64,000 nt of DNA, taken from contig CAWJEN010000005.1 of assembly GCA_963841915.1 (NCBI GenBank), forward strand, positions 1 through 64,000, written 5' to 3'. Every line of letters starts with the position of its first letter. Within the stretch, counting starts at the first letter, position 1. Both the position numbers and the translations under genes were made by a program. A model generated the notes under the pieces. That model worked only from the letters and a program-made list of their open reading frames with translations, ran no database searches and was not told the DNA's origin. The DNA comes from an uncultured Planctomycetota bacterium (GTDB taxonomy: Bacteria; Planctomycetota; Phycisphaerae; Tepidisphaerales; Tepidisphaeraceae). Shown in pieces: positions 51,090 through 64,000 of the stretch.

Positions 51090-51734
51090 ATGCCGCGTGA
51101 TCAGACGAAACAGCAACGTCAGGACCGCTTCCGCACCATCACGTTGCTGTGCGTCTTCGGCGTGATGCTCGGCCTGGGCATGCTCTACACAAGCGTCAGC
51201 CGGTGGTCGGCCGAGTCGCTCATGAGGCCGACACCGACCACCGCCGGCCGACTTTCGGCACGGCTACCCGAGGATTGGGCGGTCGACTCCATGTCTCGCG
51301 ACGGCCTTGACCGCCTCTACGCCGCAATCGAGCAGGAGGAGTCATTGGTCCAACTGACGGTCGATCTTCAACCTTTAACGGAGAAAGCCAACGGAAGACG
51401 ACGGGACAACCGGTCGCTTCTGAGCCTCGCTGCCTCGCGTCGCGGCGATGTCGGGACTGAACTCGTCATCCAGCCGGAGTTGTACGATGCACCGCGGCCG
51501 ATTCAGGTTGGAGACGCTGAGGGCATCGTCGCGACCTACGGATACCTGCTCGGTGAGTCGCTGATCGGTGGCCTGCGTGGCGGTCAGCTGCTGTTTTTCC
51601 GCACGATTGCCGTCGCCCGGACGGGTGACGACGTAGTCATCATTGAAGTCGAGCGGCACGGTGAATGGGACGGCCGTGACACGCTGCTGTTGCGGGCCGT
51701 GGCCGGCAGTGTTTCTATCGACGGCAACAGATGA
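51090..51734 (+). CDS. Hypothetical membrane-anchored protein
   Basis: N-terminal TM; clean ORF. Confidence 0.65.
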   Translation: MPRDQTKQQRQDRFRTITLLCVFGVMLGLGMLYTSVSRWSAESLMRPTPTTAGRLSARLPEDWAVDSMSRDGLDRLYAAIEQEESLVQLTVDLQPLTEKANGRRRDNRSLLSLAASRRGDVGTELVIQPELYDAPRPIQVGDAEGIVATYGYLLGESLIGGLRGGQLLFFRTIAVARTGDDVVIIEVERHGEWDGRDTLLLRAVAGSVSIDGNR

Positions 51735-51768
51735 ACATGTCGCTGCGGATTCGCGTACTGTGGCGGTG

Positions 51769-53328
51769 ATGCGGATGCTTCGGACGCTACTGATCGTGAC
51801 GGCTTTGTTCGTTTTCGCCAGCCAAGGCCGAGGCGCGGGTCAGATGTTCGAGAGCGTCGAAGCCGGTGTGAAGCTGCAACTTCCAGCCGGCGACGCCCGC
51901 ACGGTCGGATCGGCCAATCCGCCTGAGGATCCGCAGGCGCTGGCGGTGGTGACGAATCCGAGCGAGAATTGGCGGTTCGAGCTGCGGGCCGTGCCGCTGG
52001 ATCGTCCCGTGTCGCTGCGTTCGAACGAACTTCCTGAAGGCGGTCGCCAGGCCGGCCTGCTCGAGCTGACGGCGGCCGACATGCAAAGGCGGCTCAATGG
52101 AGATCTGCTTCGGCTCGAGCTCGCACCGCTGCCTGATGCCGATGCGGGTGTCTTTGCCGTCCGGTACACGCTGGGACCGGTGACGCAGCTTCGCCAGGAC
52201 GCGCTCATCCGGGCCAACGACCGGCTTTACTACCGGCTGACGCTCGTCAGTCCCGCTCCGGCCGGTGACGTCGAAGCGTTGTCGGAGAGCGAAGAGGTCA
52301 AGCGGGCCGTTGTTGCGTTTCGTGAAGCCTTCGATTCCTTTGAGTCGATCGATCAGAGCGCTTTGCGGGACGAACAGGAAAAGCGGCTCGTCTCGACGCG
52401 GGCGATGCTCGTCAACCTGCAGCCGCGTGGGCGACTGGCAGCGGCATGCGGAGGCGAGCAGTGGTGGATCATCAAGCAGGCGGGCCAGCCCGTCGGATTC
52501 GCACAGGTCATTGAAGAAGCTGCCGACAGCCTGCCGCCCGACGCGTTCAATGCCTTCAGCGACAGCGAGCGACCCGGCCGGGCTGATCCGATGGCCAGTG
52601 ATGGCGTCCGCGTCGGTGTCCGGCTCCGCATGCAGGCCGGCGAGACTGACACGATCGATCGTGCTTCCTGGAGCTATGCCAGCCGTCAATTAGATGAAGG
52701 TGACTTCCGGGAGGCCAACATCCTTGTTGATGAAGAAGGCCGCGCTCAGCGAGGCGTGGTCATCGGTCAGATGCGGTCGCGCAAGGTACCGGTGCGAGAC
52801 TTGACGCCTCGTGGCCCTGGGCTCGGCAGCACACCGACGTTCGACCTCGTCGAGCAGGCGGAGCTGGAAGTGACCTTCACGCTTGATGGTCACGTGGTGG
52901 GCGATCCGCTGGTCCGTCAGGTCCCGGTATTTTACGTCCCGCGGGCCATCGACCATCTGTTGCCGAGACTGCTGGCGACCTGGGGCAAGCCGCAGGGATA
53001 CATGGTTGCTGCTTACGCACCCGACCGCCGTGAGATCTTCAGCCGCTACCTTGATGTGGGCGAGCCTGAGGTTGTGACCCTGCCGGCCGGTGGTCAGGGG
53101 CGGGCCATTGTCGTTACATCCCGCATGGGATACAGCGGCCAACCGACACGACACTTCATCGACCCAAAGACATTTGTGTGGCTCGGCAGCTCGACGCCGT
53201 CAACCTCGACGCAGATCTACCCCGTGACGCGAGAAGCTCTTGAACAGGCTCTTGTCGGCACCGCTATCTGGGACGATGCCGAGCGTCGCCCCGACGTGCC
53301 GGATGTCGAACCCGTTGGCAGCCGATAA
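51769..53328 (+). CDS. Secreted hypothetical protein
   Basis: Signal peptide MRMLRTLLIVTALFVFASQG; long clean ORF. Confidence 0.75.
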   Translation: MRMLRTLLIVTALFVFASQGRGAGQMFESVEAGVKLQLPAGDARTVGSANPPEDPQALAVVTNPSENWRFELRAVPLDRPVSLRSNELPEGGRQAGLLELTAADMQRRLNGDLLRLELAPLPDADAGVFAVRYTLGPVTQLRQDALIRANDRLYYRLTLVSPAPAGDVEALSESEEVKRAVVAFREAFDSFESIDQSALRDEQEKRLVSTRAMLVNLQPRGRLAAACGGEQWWIIKQAGQPVGFAQVIEEAADSLPPDAFNAFSDSERPGRADPMASDGVRVGVRLRMQAGETDTIDRASWSYASRQLDEGDFREANILVDEEGRAQRGVVIGQMRSRKVPVRDLTPRGPGLGSTPTFDLVEQAELEVTFTLDGHVVGDPLVRQVPVFYVPRAIDHLLPRLLATWGKPQGYMVAAYAPDRREIFSRYLDVGEPEVVTLPAGGQGRAIVVTSRMGYSGQPTRHFIDPKTFVWLGSSTPSTSTQIYPVTREALEQALVGTAIWDDAERRPDVPDVEPVGSR

Positions 53329-53338
53329 GGAAGAAGTC

Positions 53339-54109
53339 ATGTCCGTTGCTACCCGCTCAGCCATCAAACTTGTTGGACTCGCAGCCGTCGCCGGTGCTGC
53401 GGGTGGGTCGGCCTGGTGGTACCAGTCGAAGCAGACGGCCAAGGATCGGCAGATAGCCGAGCAACAGCAGCAGATCGAGTATCTCGAGGACGTAGCTGAT
53501 CGACTGTCTCTCGAAGAGCGTGTGGCGAGAATTGTGGTGACGGATCAAGACCGAAGTGCCGACGGCACGCTCGAGACGGATCTGCTTTTCTTCGATGTCG
53601 GCCCCGACGGCAAAGAGCTGCCTGCCAAGGCTTTCACCGTCCGCGGTGAGCGGGTGCACGTGTCGGCATTGCTGATTCGCTTCGACGAGGAGAAGGTTAA
53701 AGCCGGTGAGCAACTGCGAGGCAGGACCATCGCGTTTTGGGACAAGATCCACGGTTCAGCCGTACCGCCCGAAGAGGGTCAGATGCTCGATGAGACCGGC
53801 GAAGCACCACGGGTTTATGCCGGCAATCCCGCCGCCCGTGGGCTCGACAAAGAACGGGCGGCCTTTGAGGCCGACCTGTGGACGAGGTTCTGGGAGATTG
53901 CCTCCGACACTGCCTTGGCCAATGAGGAAGGGGCCAAAGTAGCATTCGGGCAAGATGTGTTCGGCGTCTTCTCGCCCGATCAGGTGTACACGATCACGCT
54001 CCAGGGCAACGGCGGGCTGACGCTTTACAGCGAGCCGATGCCGACGATTCTGCGAGAGTCGCTCAAGGCCATCGGGCAATCTGCAACGGGTGATGCTAGC
54101 GAGCAATAG
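53339..54109 (+). CDS. Hypothetical membrane-anchored protein
   Basis: TM, then a coiled coil and a C-terminal domain ending YTITLQGNGGL. Confidence 0.75.
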   Translation: MSVATRSAIKLVGLAAVAGAAGGSAWWYQSKQTAKDRQIAEQQQQIEYLEDVADRLSLEERVARIVVTDQDRSADGTLETDLLFFDVGPDGKELPAKAFTVRGERVHVSALLIRFDEEKVKAGEQLRGRTIAFWDKIHGSAVPPEEGQMLDETGEAPRVYAGNPAARGLDKERAAFEADLWTRFWEIASDTALANEEGAKVAFGQDVFGVFSPDQVYTITLQGNGGLTLYSEPMPTILRESLKAIGQSATGDASEQ

Positions 54110-54237
54110 CGTGAACTTGATCAGAGGTGGCGCGTCGTTTGTTCGGCGACGCACACGCCGCTAACATCGCCGACCGGCCACAGCACACTCACACGCCCCT
54201 CAGGCCGGCGTTCGACGCGAAGTCGCCCCAACTGCCA

Positions 54238-55320
54238 ATGAAGCTTGTCGTCACCGTCCCGGCCCAGAACGAAGAGCCGACGATCGGTCGTGTCATCGAC
54301 GGCGTGCCTCGAGACATCGCCGGCATCGACCGCGTCGAGGTCATCGTTATGGACGACAGCTCGACCGACCGCACGGCTGAAGAAGCCCGTGCTGCCGGAG
54401 CACACGTGGTGCGGGTTGATGGTCGGCCGGGTCTAGGCAAGGTCTTTCAGGTCGGCGTCGAAGAGGCCATGCGTCGCGGGGCCGACTTCGTCGTCAATAT
54501 CGACGGCGACGGGCAGTTTCAGTCGGCGGACATCCGCCATCTCGTTGAGCCGCTCGTCGAAGATCGTGCCGACTTTGTCACCTGCACGCGGTTCGGCAAC
54601 CCGGAGTATCACCCGGAGATGCCGCCGGTGAAGTTTTGGGGCAACTTTGCGGTGGTCAAGATCGTCAACTTTGCCTGCGGGGGTGGCGGCCGATTCACCG
54701 ACGTTTCCTGCGGCTTCCGAGGGTTCAACCGCGACGCGCTGTACCGCCTGACGCTGTTCGGTCGGTACACGTACACGCAGGAGTGCTTCATCGACTTGTT
54801 CTCGAAGAACCTGCGGATCGTCGAGGTGCCGCTCCGTGTCCGCGGCGTCCGTGAGCACGGCAAGAGTCGCGTCGCCAAGAGCGTGTGGAAGTACGCAATG
54901 AATACGCTGCCGATCATCGTGCGTGCGATGCGGGACATTCGGCCGCTGAAGTTCTTTGGCGCACTTGCAGGTCTGCTCGCGTTGCCGGGTCTCGTGCTTC
55001 TTGGGCTCGTGACGTTGAACTACACGGTCGCCAACCCAGGCAAGACGCAACCGTTTACCAGTGCAATCACACTTGGAACTGCCTTTCTCACGTTGGCGGT
55101 CATCGTCGGTGTTCTGGCTTTGCTCGCGGACATGATGGCCCGGCACCGCCGCATTACCGAGGAGCTTTTGTACCTCGCCCGGCGTCGCATTTACGGCTCG
55201 GGCGATAGTCGACTGCCGGCACGGACGAGCATCGACCGGCCCGCTGCCTCGACCAACGGCACGCCGACCCGCGATCGCAAGGCCAAAGCCGTGTTTCGCG
55301 AGACGGTTCTGGCAGAGTGA
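54238..55320 (+). CDS. GT2 glycosyltransferase (DPM1-like, C-terminal TMs)
   Basis: PAQNEE, DDSSTD.T, NIDGDGQF, DVSCGFR. Confidence 0.92.
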   Translation: MKLVVTVPAQNEEPTIGRVIDGVPRDIAGIDRVEVIVMDDSSTDRTAEEARAAGAHVVRVDGRPGLGKVFQVGVEEAMRRGADFVVNIDGDGQFQSADIRHLVEPLVEDRADFVTCTRFGNPEYHPEMPPVKFWGNFAVVKIVNFACGGGGRFTDVSCGFRGFNRDALYRLTLFGRYTYTQECFIDLFSKNLRIVEVPLRVRGVREHGKSRVAKSVWKYAMNTLPIIVRAMRDIRPLKFFGALAGLLALPGLVLLGLVTLNYTVANPGKTQPFTSAITLGTAFLTLAVIVGVLALLADMMARHRRITEELLYLARRRIYGSGDSRLPARTSIDRPAASTNGTPTRDRKAKAVFRETVLAE

Positions 55321-55327
55321 GCATGTG

Positions 55328-57502
55328 TCAGGCTCGCCGCCTACTCAGGAAAGCTGCATAAGCCGACTCGCCGGCAGCAACAAAACCAGCCAGTAAGAGC
55401 ACCGGCCAGCCCCAGTCGGGGCGATCCTGTGACTCGACCAACACGCCGGCCGTCTCGGCTGACAGGCCGACCACCTCGAGATCGATGTCGCCGAGCGACT
55501 CCCGGACGGCTTCAGCCGACGCCGGTTCGAGATCACTTTCGGCAGCTAAGACGTTGACGGCGATCGGGGAGCGGAAGCTGCCCGCGACGACCTCGTACGC
55601 ACCTGGAACGGTCAACGGCGGCGAGGTCCAGCGGCTTAGTCCACCTGATTGTGCTTCGCGAGTCAGCAGAATGGTCTCGCCTAGTCCGATCAGCCGAGGC
55701 GTCGAGCCGCTGGGCAACCCTGCCGAGGCTGGTATCGACAGGTGATCACCGACGAGCAGATTCTGCCAGGATGCCCCGCCGCCGGTCTCGCCGACCGTGC
55801 CGCGGAAAAGTTCGTGCACGAACGCGGCATAATTGTCGATCAGCGGCAAGAGCGTCCACTCTGGGTCGTCGGCCGACGTGGTCACCAAGGTCACGGCACC
55901 GCTGCCGACCCTCGCTGTGAGCACGGCCGGGTCTTGCGTTTCGGCAAAAGCAAGGACAACTTCTGCAGAGTCCGCCGGCGTCACGCCCCAGTAGCGGCGG
56001 ATCGTCGGAGCTGACAGCCCGCTCCGGTCAACGCCTCGGAAGGCACCTAAGAAGCGATGTGGATCACCGGGATCGAAGTCGAACCCGAGCAGAGCCCGCT
56101 GCCCGTCTTGTGAGGCTGCGTCGGCGTTGACGATTCGCTCGATCCGGCCCGGCAGAATACCCAGGCCGCCGAGTGTCGCGTTGTAAGTGTCAAGTGAGAT
56201 GCCCTCGCCGAGCCAGATCATCAGCGTCCCGCCGCTTCGAACGAAGTCGTTGAGCCTGGCGGCCGTTGCATCATCGAAGCCGGCCACATTGGCCAACACA
56301 ACGGCTTCGTAATCACCCAGAGGCCGCGTCGAAAGTTCGAGATCGCTGATGCGGTCGACCTTGATGTAGCCGGCCTCGCCCGGTGCAAGGGCCGTTGCCA
56401 GAAGCGATCGGCCGCCGAGCGCAGCGGCGGTTGCAGCCGATCGTCCCTCGACCACCAACACCGGCAGATCCGTTACCTCCTGCACCACCCGCAGCCGACT
56501 GTCATCGAAGGCCAGGGCGTCGTCAGCTGACGCAAGGCTCAACTGCACCAAGTGCGGTCGCCCGTCGCGAACTGCATCGAGCACAGTCGGGCTCGCAACG
56601 ACCTCGCTGTCCGTTCCGAGTCGCGGCGTGTCGATGGTGCGGCCGTCGACGGACCAGGCGGCAGACTCGGCCCGGCCAGTGACCGTGCCGAGGAGCGACG
56701 TGTCGAAGCCACGCCGGATGATTGTGTCGTCAGGCGAGACGGCAACGACTGCTGTGTTCTGCGGTGCGTCACCCTCAGGCAGATAAAGCCTGATCTCGGC
56801 CGTCGCTGTCTCGAGGCGTGGGCCGAGCGTCGCCAGGCGAGCTTCGGACATGGCTGAACCGGCAGCGTCGGTCAGGACGTGCACGACGATTCGTTCACCG
56901 GCGTCCGACGCGGCGACAAGGTCGAGCACGCGGTCGAGCGCACCGGCGAGATCGGTGGCGGCAAAGGTCTGCTCGACATCCATCGAAGCCGCCTCGACGG
57001 CTGTCAGGTCGTACGCCGGTTCGGGAACGACTTCGCCCGCCGGGGCAGCAGCAGAAATAACCGCTGCTCGCGCTTCGCCGCCCGCCGTCTGCAGCACGGC
57101 CGCAACCGTCTGTTTCATGAGGTCGAGTGTGGTTGCTTCGCCTCGCTTTGCACCGGTTGAGGCACTGTTGTCGAGGACGAAGACGTGCAGCGTCCGGTCT
57201 CCACCTGCCGCGGCAGCCAGGGCGGAGCCGGCGCATCCAAGCGGCCTTGCCAGGGCCAGGCCGATGAGGCTGACCAGCAGACACCGCATCGCAAGCAGCA
57301 GCCACGACTCGAACTGAAGCCGCCTGCGGTTGCGACGCATTGCTTCGAGGACGAACCGCATCGCCGCCCACTCGACGGTCTTGAACCTGCGACGATTAAG
57401 CAGGTGAATGATGATCGGAACCGATGCCAGCAACAGCCCCGCCGCCGCGAGAGCGGGCGTAACAAAGACAGCAGCTGGTGGCGGGAACATCACGAAGTGC
57501 AA
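55328..57502 (-). CDS. BatA / vWA domain membrane protein
   Basis: PIIIHLLNRRRFKTVEWAAMRF...LARP; VLDNSAS. Confidence 0.88.
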   Translation of the reverse strand: MHFVMFPPPAAVFVTPALAAAGLLLASVPIIIHLLNRRRFKTVEWAAMRFVLEAMRRNRRRLQFESWLLLAMRCLLVSLIGLALARPLGCAGSALAAAAGGDRTLHVFVLDNSASTGAKRGEATTLDLMKQTVAAVLQTAGGEARAAVISAAAPAGEVVPEPAYDLTAVEAASMDVEQTFAATDLAGALDRVLDLVAASDAGERIVVHVLTDAAGSAMSEARLATLGPRLETATAEIRLYLPEGDAPQNTAVVAVSPDDTIIRRGFDTSLLGTVTGRAESAAWSVDGRTIDTPRLGTDSEVVASPTVLDAVRDGRPHLVQLSLASADDALAFDDSRLRVVQEVTDLPVLVVEGRSAATAAALGGRSLLATALAPGEAGYIKVDRISDLELSTRPLGDYEAVVLANVAGFDDATAARLNDFVRSGGTLMIWLGEGISLDTYNATLGGLGILPGRIERIVNADAASQDGQRALLGFDFDPGDPHRFLGAFRGVDRSGLSAPTIRRYWGVTPADSAEVVLAFAETQDPAVLTARVGSGAVTLVTTSADDPEWTLLPLIDNYAAFVHELFRGTVGETGGGASWQNLLVGDHLSIPASAGLPSGSTPRLIGLGETILLTREAQSGGLSRWTSPPLTVPGAYEVVAGSFRSPIAVNVLAAESDLEPASAEAVRESLGDIDLEVVGLSAETAGVLVESQDRPDWGWPVLLLAGFVAAGESAYAAFLSRRRA

Positions 57503-57504
57503 GT

Positions 57505-58437
57505 TTATCGCCGCATGCGGCCGTCGCGACTGGCGAGGAAGACGCCCAACGGCACCTCCAGGCTTTCGCCGGTATCGAACGTGTGGAAGTCGGCGTCGAC
57601 GCGTCGGCAGCTTCGGGCGATCTGCTCCTTGTGTCTCTGCATTGCGTCAAGGTAACCCTTCCGCAAGCCGTCCGGCTCGGCAAGCAGGTCGCCCGCTTCT
57701 TCGAGCCCTTTGAACATCGTCACGTCTTTGAAATTGAACTGAATCTCCTGCGGATCGAGCATTTGCAGGCAAACGACATCGTGCTTGCGGAACCGCATGG
57801 CTTTGAGGCCGCGCTCTACGCCTGCCGGGTCGTCAAAGAAGTCGCTCAGCACGACAACGAGGCTGCGGCCGGTGATCTTGCCGGCGAGTTGTTGCAGGAC
57901 GCCACCGACGCCGGTCTTGTTCCAACGTGGGACCGCTTGCAGCTCGCTGACGATTGTCCGCCACTGCCCTCGGCTGGCACTTGGCTTGACATATCGCACC
58001 AGTCCCTCGTCAAAAATGGCCAATCCCACCGCGTCGGCCTTCATCGTCGCCAGCAGTGACAGCGTGGCAGCGAGCGTCGTCGCATGGTCGAACTTCGTCC
58101 ACCCGTCGCGTCCCCCGCGGGCGACACTGCCGAAGTTCATGCTTTCGCTTGCGTCGACAGCTATGACGATCTGAAGCTGTGTTTCTTCCTGAAACTGCTT
58201 GATATGCAGCTTGTCAGAGCGGCCGAAGACTTTCCAGTCGATGTGCCGCGTGTCGTCGCCTTGTACGTACGGCCGGTGCTGGGCAAATTCTACGGAACTG
58301 CCCTGGTGCGGCGACCGGTGCCGGCCGGACATGAGGCCTTCGACGACGCTGCGCGTGCGTAGCTCGAGGTTCTTCACGCGGGCCAGTGCCCGCGGGTCGA
58401 GGAAGTCGGTCAGATCGTCGGCAGTGGTACTGGCCAT
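57505..58437 (-). CDS. DUF58 protein
   Basis: GRHRSPHQGSSVEFAQHRPYVQGDD.RHIDWK; DASESM; VLSDF. Confidence 0.93.
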   Translation of the reverse strand: MASTTADDLTDFLDPRALARVKNLELRTRSVVEGLMSGRHRSPHQGSSVEFAQHRPYVQGDDTRHIDWKVFGRSDKLHIKQFQEETQLQIVIAVDASESMNFGSVARGGRDGWTKFDHATTLAATLSLLATMKADAVGLAIFDEGLVRYVKPSASRGQWRTIVSELQAVPRWNKTGVGGVLQQLAGKITGRSLVVVLSDFFDDPAGVERGLKAMRFRKHDVVCLQMLDPQEIQFNFKDVTMFKGLEEAGDLLAEPDGLRKGYLDAMQRHKEQIARSCRRVDADFHTFDTGESLEVPLGVFLASRDGRMRR

Positions 58438-58445
58438 AGGAAACC

Positions 58446-59504
<1,059 letters not shown>

Positions 59505-59558
59505 GTGGAGCACTCTACAGAACCCGTTGGCTCGCGGCGACGAACAAGGTTTGCAAGG

Positions 59559-60359
59559 ATGCCTGAACTGCCCGAAGTCGAAACCGTCGTCCGCACCCTC
59601 CGCCCGCAACTGGTCGGCAGCGTGGTGCGCGGCGTCACGCTCCATCGCCACGACTTCGCCAAACCACACGGTTTTGACTGGCAGTGCATCGTCGGCCGCG
59701 AGGTCGTAGCCGTCTCGCGGCGGGCCAAAAGGATCATCGTGACCATCGACGACGGCAACCGCTTCATCGCCCACCTTGGCATGACCGGACGGCTGACCTT
59801 CTGCGACGCGTCCGACGACATGGCAAAGCACACGCACGTCGTCTTCAATTTTGGTGTTGGCGAGCTACGGTTCTGCGACCCCAGGCGGTTCGGAAACCTT
59901 ACGTGGATGGGGCGCGACTGCTGCGAGAGCGGCGTCGGCCCTGAGCCGTTGACGCTGAAGGCGGCGCACCTGGCCGACCGACTGCTCACGACTCGGCGGC
60001 CGGTGAAGTCGGCCCTGCTCGATCAGACGTTCATCGCAGGCCTCGGCAACATCTACGCCGACGAGGCACTATTTGCCGCCGGGATTCATCCGCTGACGCC
60101 CTGCAACGCGATCGACCGCCCCGCCGCGGCAGGGCTGTGTCGGTCGATCAAGCGGATCCTGCGACGAGCCATCAACGCGGGCGGCAGCACGCTCCGCGAC
60201 TACGTCGACGCCAACGGCAAAGCCGGTCGGGCCCAGCAGCTCCACAAGGTCTACGCCCGTAACGATCAGCCGTGTCGCAAGTGCCACACCGTCATCTCCA
60301 AACTGGTCCTGGGCGGCCGATCAACGCACTTTTGCGAGCACTGCCAGCAGGCGGCGTGA
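59559..60359 (+). CDS. mutM: Formamidopyrimidine-DNA glycosylase
   Basis: MPELPEVE, HLGMTG, DPRRFG, GLGNIYADE, CRKC...CEHCQ zinc finger. Confidence 0.96.
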   Translation: MPELPEVETVVRTLRPQLVGSVVRGVTLHRHDFAKPHGFDWQCIVGREVVAVSRRAKRIIVTIDDGNRFIAHLGMTGRLTFCDASDDMAKHTHVVFNFGVGELRFCDPRRFGNLTWMGRDCCESGVGPEPLTLKAAHLADRLLTTRRPVKSALLDQTFIAGLGNIYADEALFAAGIHPLTPCNAIDRPAAAGLCRSIKRILRRAINAGGSTLRDYVDANGKAGRAQQLHKVYARNDQPCRKCHTVISKLVLGGRSTHFCEHCQQAA

Positions 60360-60550
60360 AGTCTCCAATTGCTGATTGATTCTGTCCCGCGGCGTCAGAC
60401 TTTGCCGACTACTATGCGAACCGCCCCGGACCTTGAGCCGGGGGCGTCGTGTCGTCGGCACGCGACGAAATCTGCAACGACTCTGCAAGACGCACCCGCC
60501 GGCCGCGTCACTACCCAGGCCGCCCTTTTCTCGGGCGGATTTCTTCACCC

Positions 60551-62275
<1,725 letters not shown>

Positions 62276-62297
62276 GCGTCACCGCATCACAACATCC

Positions 62298-62336
62298 GAC
62301 GCCGGGGCAACTACAAGTTGCCCCGGCGTTTTCGTT
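62298..62336 (+). terminator. rpsA terminator
   Basis: gacgccggggcaact-aca-agttgccccggcgtt followed by a T-rich tail. Confidence 0.85.
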
Positions 62337-62412
62337 CAGATGTGTTCGCTGCCGTCGGACGCGCTGCGCCGCGGCGGCCAAGTCGGGCCGCTGCCGGCCG
62401 GCGGAGGGGGAA

Positions 62413-62428
62413 TGTTCCACGTGGAACA
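62413..62428. other. parS: parS site
   Basis: TGTTCCACGTGGAACA. Confidence 0.9.
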
Positions 62429-62488
62429 TGCCGACCCCTCGCCACGCTCCGCCAGCCCGGTTCGCCGCATCCGCCGACGAACGGCCGA

Positions 62489-62504
62489 TGTTCCACGTGG
62501 AACA
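62489..62504. other. parS: parS site
   Basis: TGTTCCACGTGGAACA. Confidence 0.9.
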
Positions 62505-62897
62505 AAACGGGTCGCCGACTGCGTACACGGGTCGTCCGCCCTGCGGATGGGGTCCGTCCGCCGATTGCGACTTGAGGCGTTGTTTTTGCAACTTGGGTCA
62601 AGGCCACTGCGTCACCACGCGACCTGCGCCGCCGCGGCCGCCGAAGATCACTCTTGTCGGCCAGATCGCCACGGTGCGACCTCGGGTTCAAGTTTCGGAA
62701 GCCTCCGCACGAGCGTCAAAATCGGTCACCGCCGATCAGGTGCCGCAGCAAGTTCCGCGACGTACACGCTTGCATCGTGAGGTCGATTCATCATGATGTG
62801 TCTTCTCTCGTGGCGGGCGGGGATCTGGTTCAAACCGGCGAACCTGTTACACGGTCGACATGATCCGCGGGGGGACATAACCGAGTGAGTCTTTAAG

Positions 62898-64000
62898 ATG
62901 CCATCGAACCTGATCAGCCGCCGTCCCTCATCCACCCTTCTTCCGCTCATCGAAGGTCTCGAAACCCGCCGCCTCCTCGCCGCCCTCACCTGGGACGCCG
63001 GCGGCGACGGCACGTCTTGGGACGACGCACAGAACTGGTCTGATGACGCCGTCCCGACGCTTGCGGATGATGTAACGATCGGATCAGCGACCACCACCGC
63101 CATTCAGGTCACTGGAGATGCGGAGGTCCGCTCGCTTACGACCACACGGCGGATCGTCGTCACCGGAAGTCTTCGCGTTGCCGACGGACAATTGGCCACG
63201 TTTCACAACATTCTCCACCTGCGCGGGGGCACCATCATTGGCGGGATCTGGGATTTCGAGCAAGGAGAGTTTAGGAACAACCTTGTTTCAGATGGTGTTG
63301 CCGCCGGCATCACGCTGCGCAGCGACATCTCCATCGTCACCGAGCTCTTCATCGAAGGTGGCATCGTGCTTGATGGTGCCGACGTGGAAATTAACGATGG
63401 CACCGGAAAGCTCAGTTTCCGTGGCGGCGATCAGAGCATCAGCGGCACGGGTCGCGTCATAAGCGACCGTACACCGATCAGTTCGGGTCCACAGGTTGTC
63501 AAGCTTTACGGTAATCATACCGTCACCGTTGAGTCGGGTGTCTCCATGGAGGGCAGGTTGGACATTATCGACGGGGATTCGGCGTCTAATGCCACGCTCA
63601 TCAACAATGGCGCGATACTCACCAATCTTTCTTCTCCTGGCGTTGCCATTTACAACGGGTTCCGCGTTGCTACGCAACACCTCATCAACAACGGTCTGAT
63701 CGAGGCGACAGCTAACGCCGACCTCCACCTGCAGAGTCAGACGACCATCAACAACGGAACCATCACGATGGCCGCCGGCAGTGGATCGGGCAGTGCTCGT
63801 GGCTTGGCAAATGGGCCGGCTGGCGTCATAGATGTCGACGGTGTTGAAGACTATCGCCTCAACAAGTTCCAGCAGAACGACGGCCTGATCTCAGTTCGCA
63901 ACACCGCGCTGACACTCGATCTGAATGCCCGCCCTGAAGCTGCCAGCATCGGCACGCTCCTGCGCCAGGGCAGCACCGTGAAGCTCGGCGGCGACTTCGA
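62898..64000 (+). CDS. LExRRLL-leader large secreted protein (partial, runs off the window)
   Basis: MPSNLISRRPSSTLLPLIEGLETRRLLAALTWDAGGDGTSWDDAQNWS..., beta-helix/autotransporter-like repeats. Confidence 0.8.
   Translation, partial: MPSNLISRRPSSTLLPLIEGLETRRLLAALTWDAGGDGTSWDDAQNWSDDAVPTLADDVTIGSATTTAIQVTGDAEVRSLTTTRRIVVTGSLRVADGQLATFHNILHLRGGTIIGGIWDFEQGEFRNNLVSDGVAAGITLRSDISIVTELFIEGGIVLDGADVEINDGTGKLSFRGGDQSISGTGRVISDRTPISSGPQVVKLYGNHTVTVESGVSMEGRLDIIDGDSASNATLINNGAILTNLSSPGVAIYNGFRVATQHLINNGLIEATANADLHLQSQTTINNGTITMAAGSGSGSARGLANGPAGVIDVDGVEDYRLNKFQQNDGLISVRNTALTLDLNARPEAASIGTLLRQGSTVKLGGDF

Larger units (their letters stand above)
62361..62546 (-). repeat. Double-parS cassette, copy B (inverted relative to copy A)
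   Basis: Reverse complement shares ggcggacgacccg..tacgcag, tggcggagcgtggcgaggg, ggccgccgcggcgcagcgc and both parS sites with 40876-41049. Confidence 0.85.

Noticed and set aside
62780..62895. Possible c-di-GMP riboswitch upstream of the last gene
   Set aside because: I could not match the conserved class I or II motifs by eye; an Infernal scan is needed.

Overview
High-GC bacterial DNA that is almost certainly from a planctomycete (Phycisphaerae/Tepidisphaerales-like). This rests on LExRRLL-leader secreted proteins, DUF1559/H-X9-DG prepilin-like genes, a PEP-CTERM tail and a MoxR-DUF58-BatA operon. Core genes include dapL, ispG, lexA, rnpB (RNase P RNA), kdsA, an ATP-dependent DNA ligase, mutM, rpsA and a TolC/MFP/ABC efflux operon. 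The first ~13 kb has many single-base frameshifts, probably sequencing error; most of the rest reads cleanly. Main observations: (1) five perfect TGTTCCACGTGGAACA parS palindromes, four of them inside a ~180-bp double-parS cassette present twice in inverted orientation ~21 kb apart; (2) a 30.4-40 kb island made largely of deletion-joined gene fragments (AAA+S8 protease pair, LacI fragment, orphan PEP-CTERM tail, a glycoside hydrolase with TAG at its probable catalytic Glu); (3) an integron remnant; (4) an ABC-ATPase + TOPRIM-like candidate defence pair; (5) two related 21-bp-periodic tracts; (6) a TANNNT hexamer 5-8 nt before many start codons, suggesting leaderless transcription; (7) a candidate GAAC-N4-GTTC LexA box. 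All calls come from reading motifs by eye; no database searches were run.
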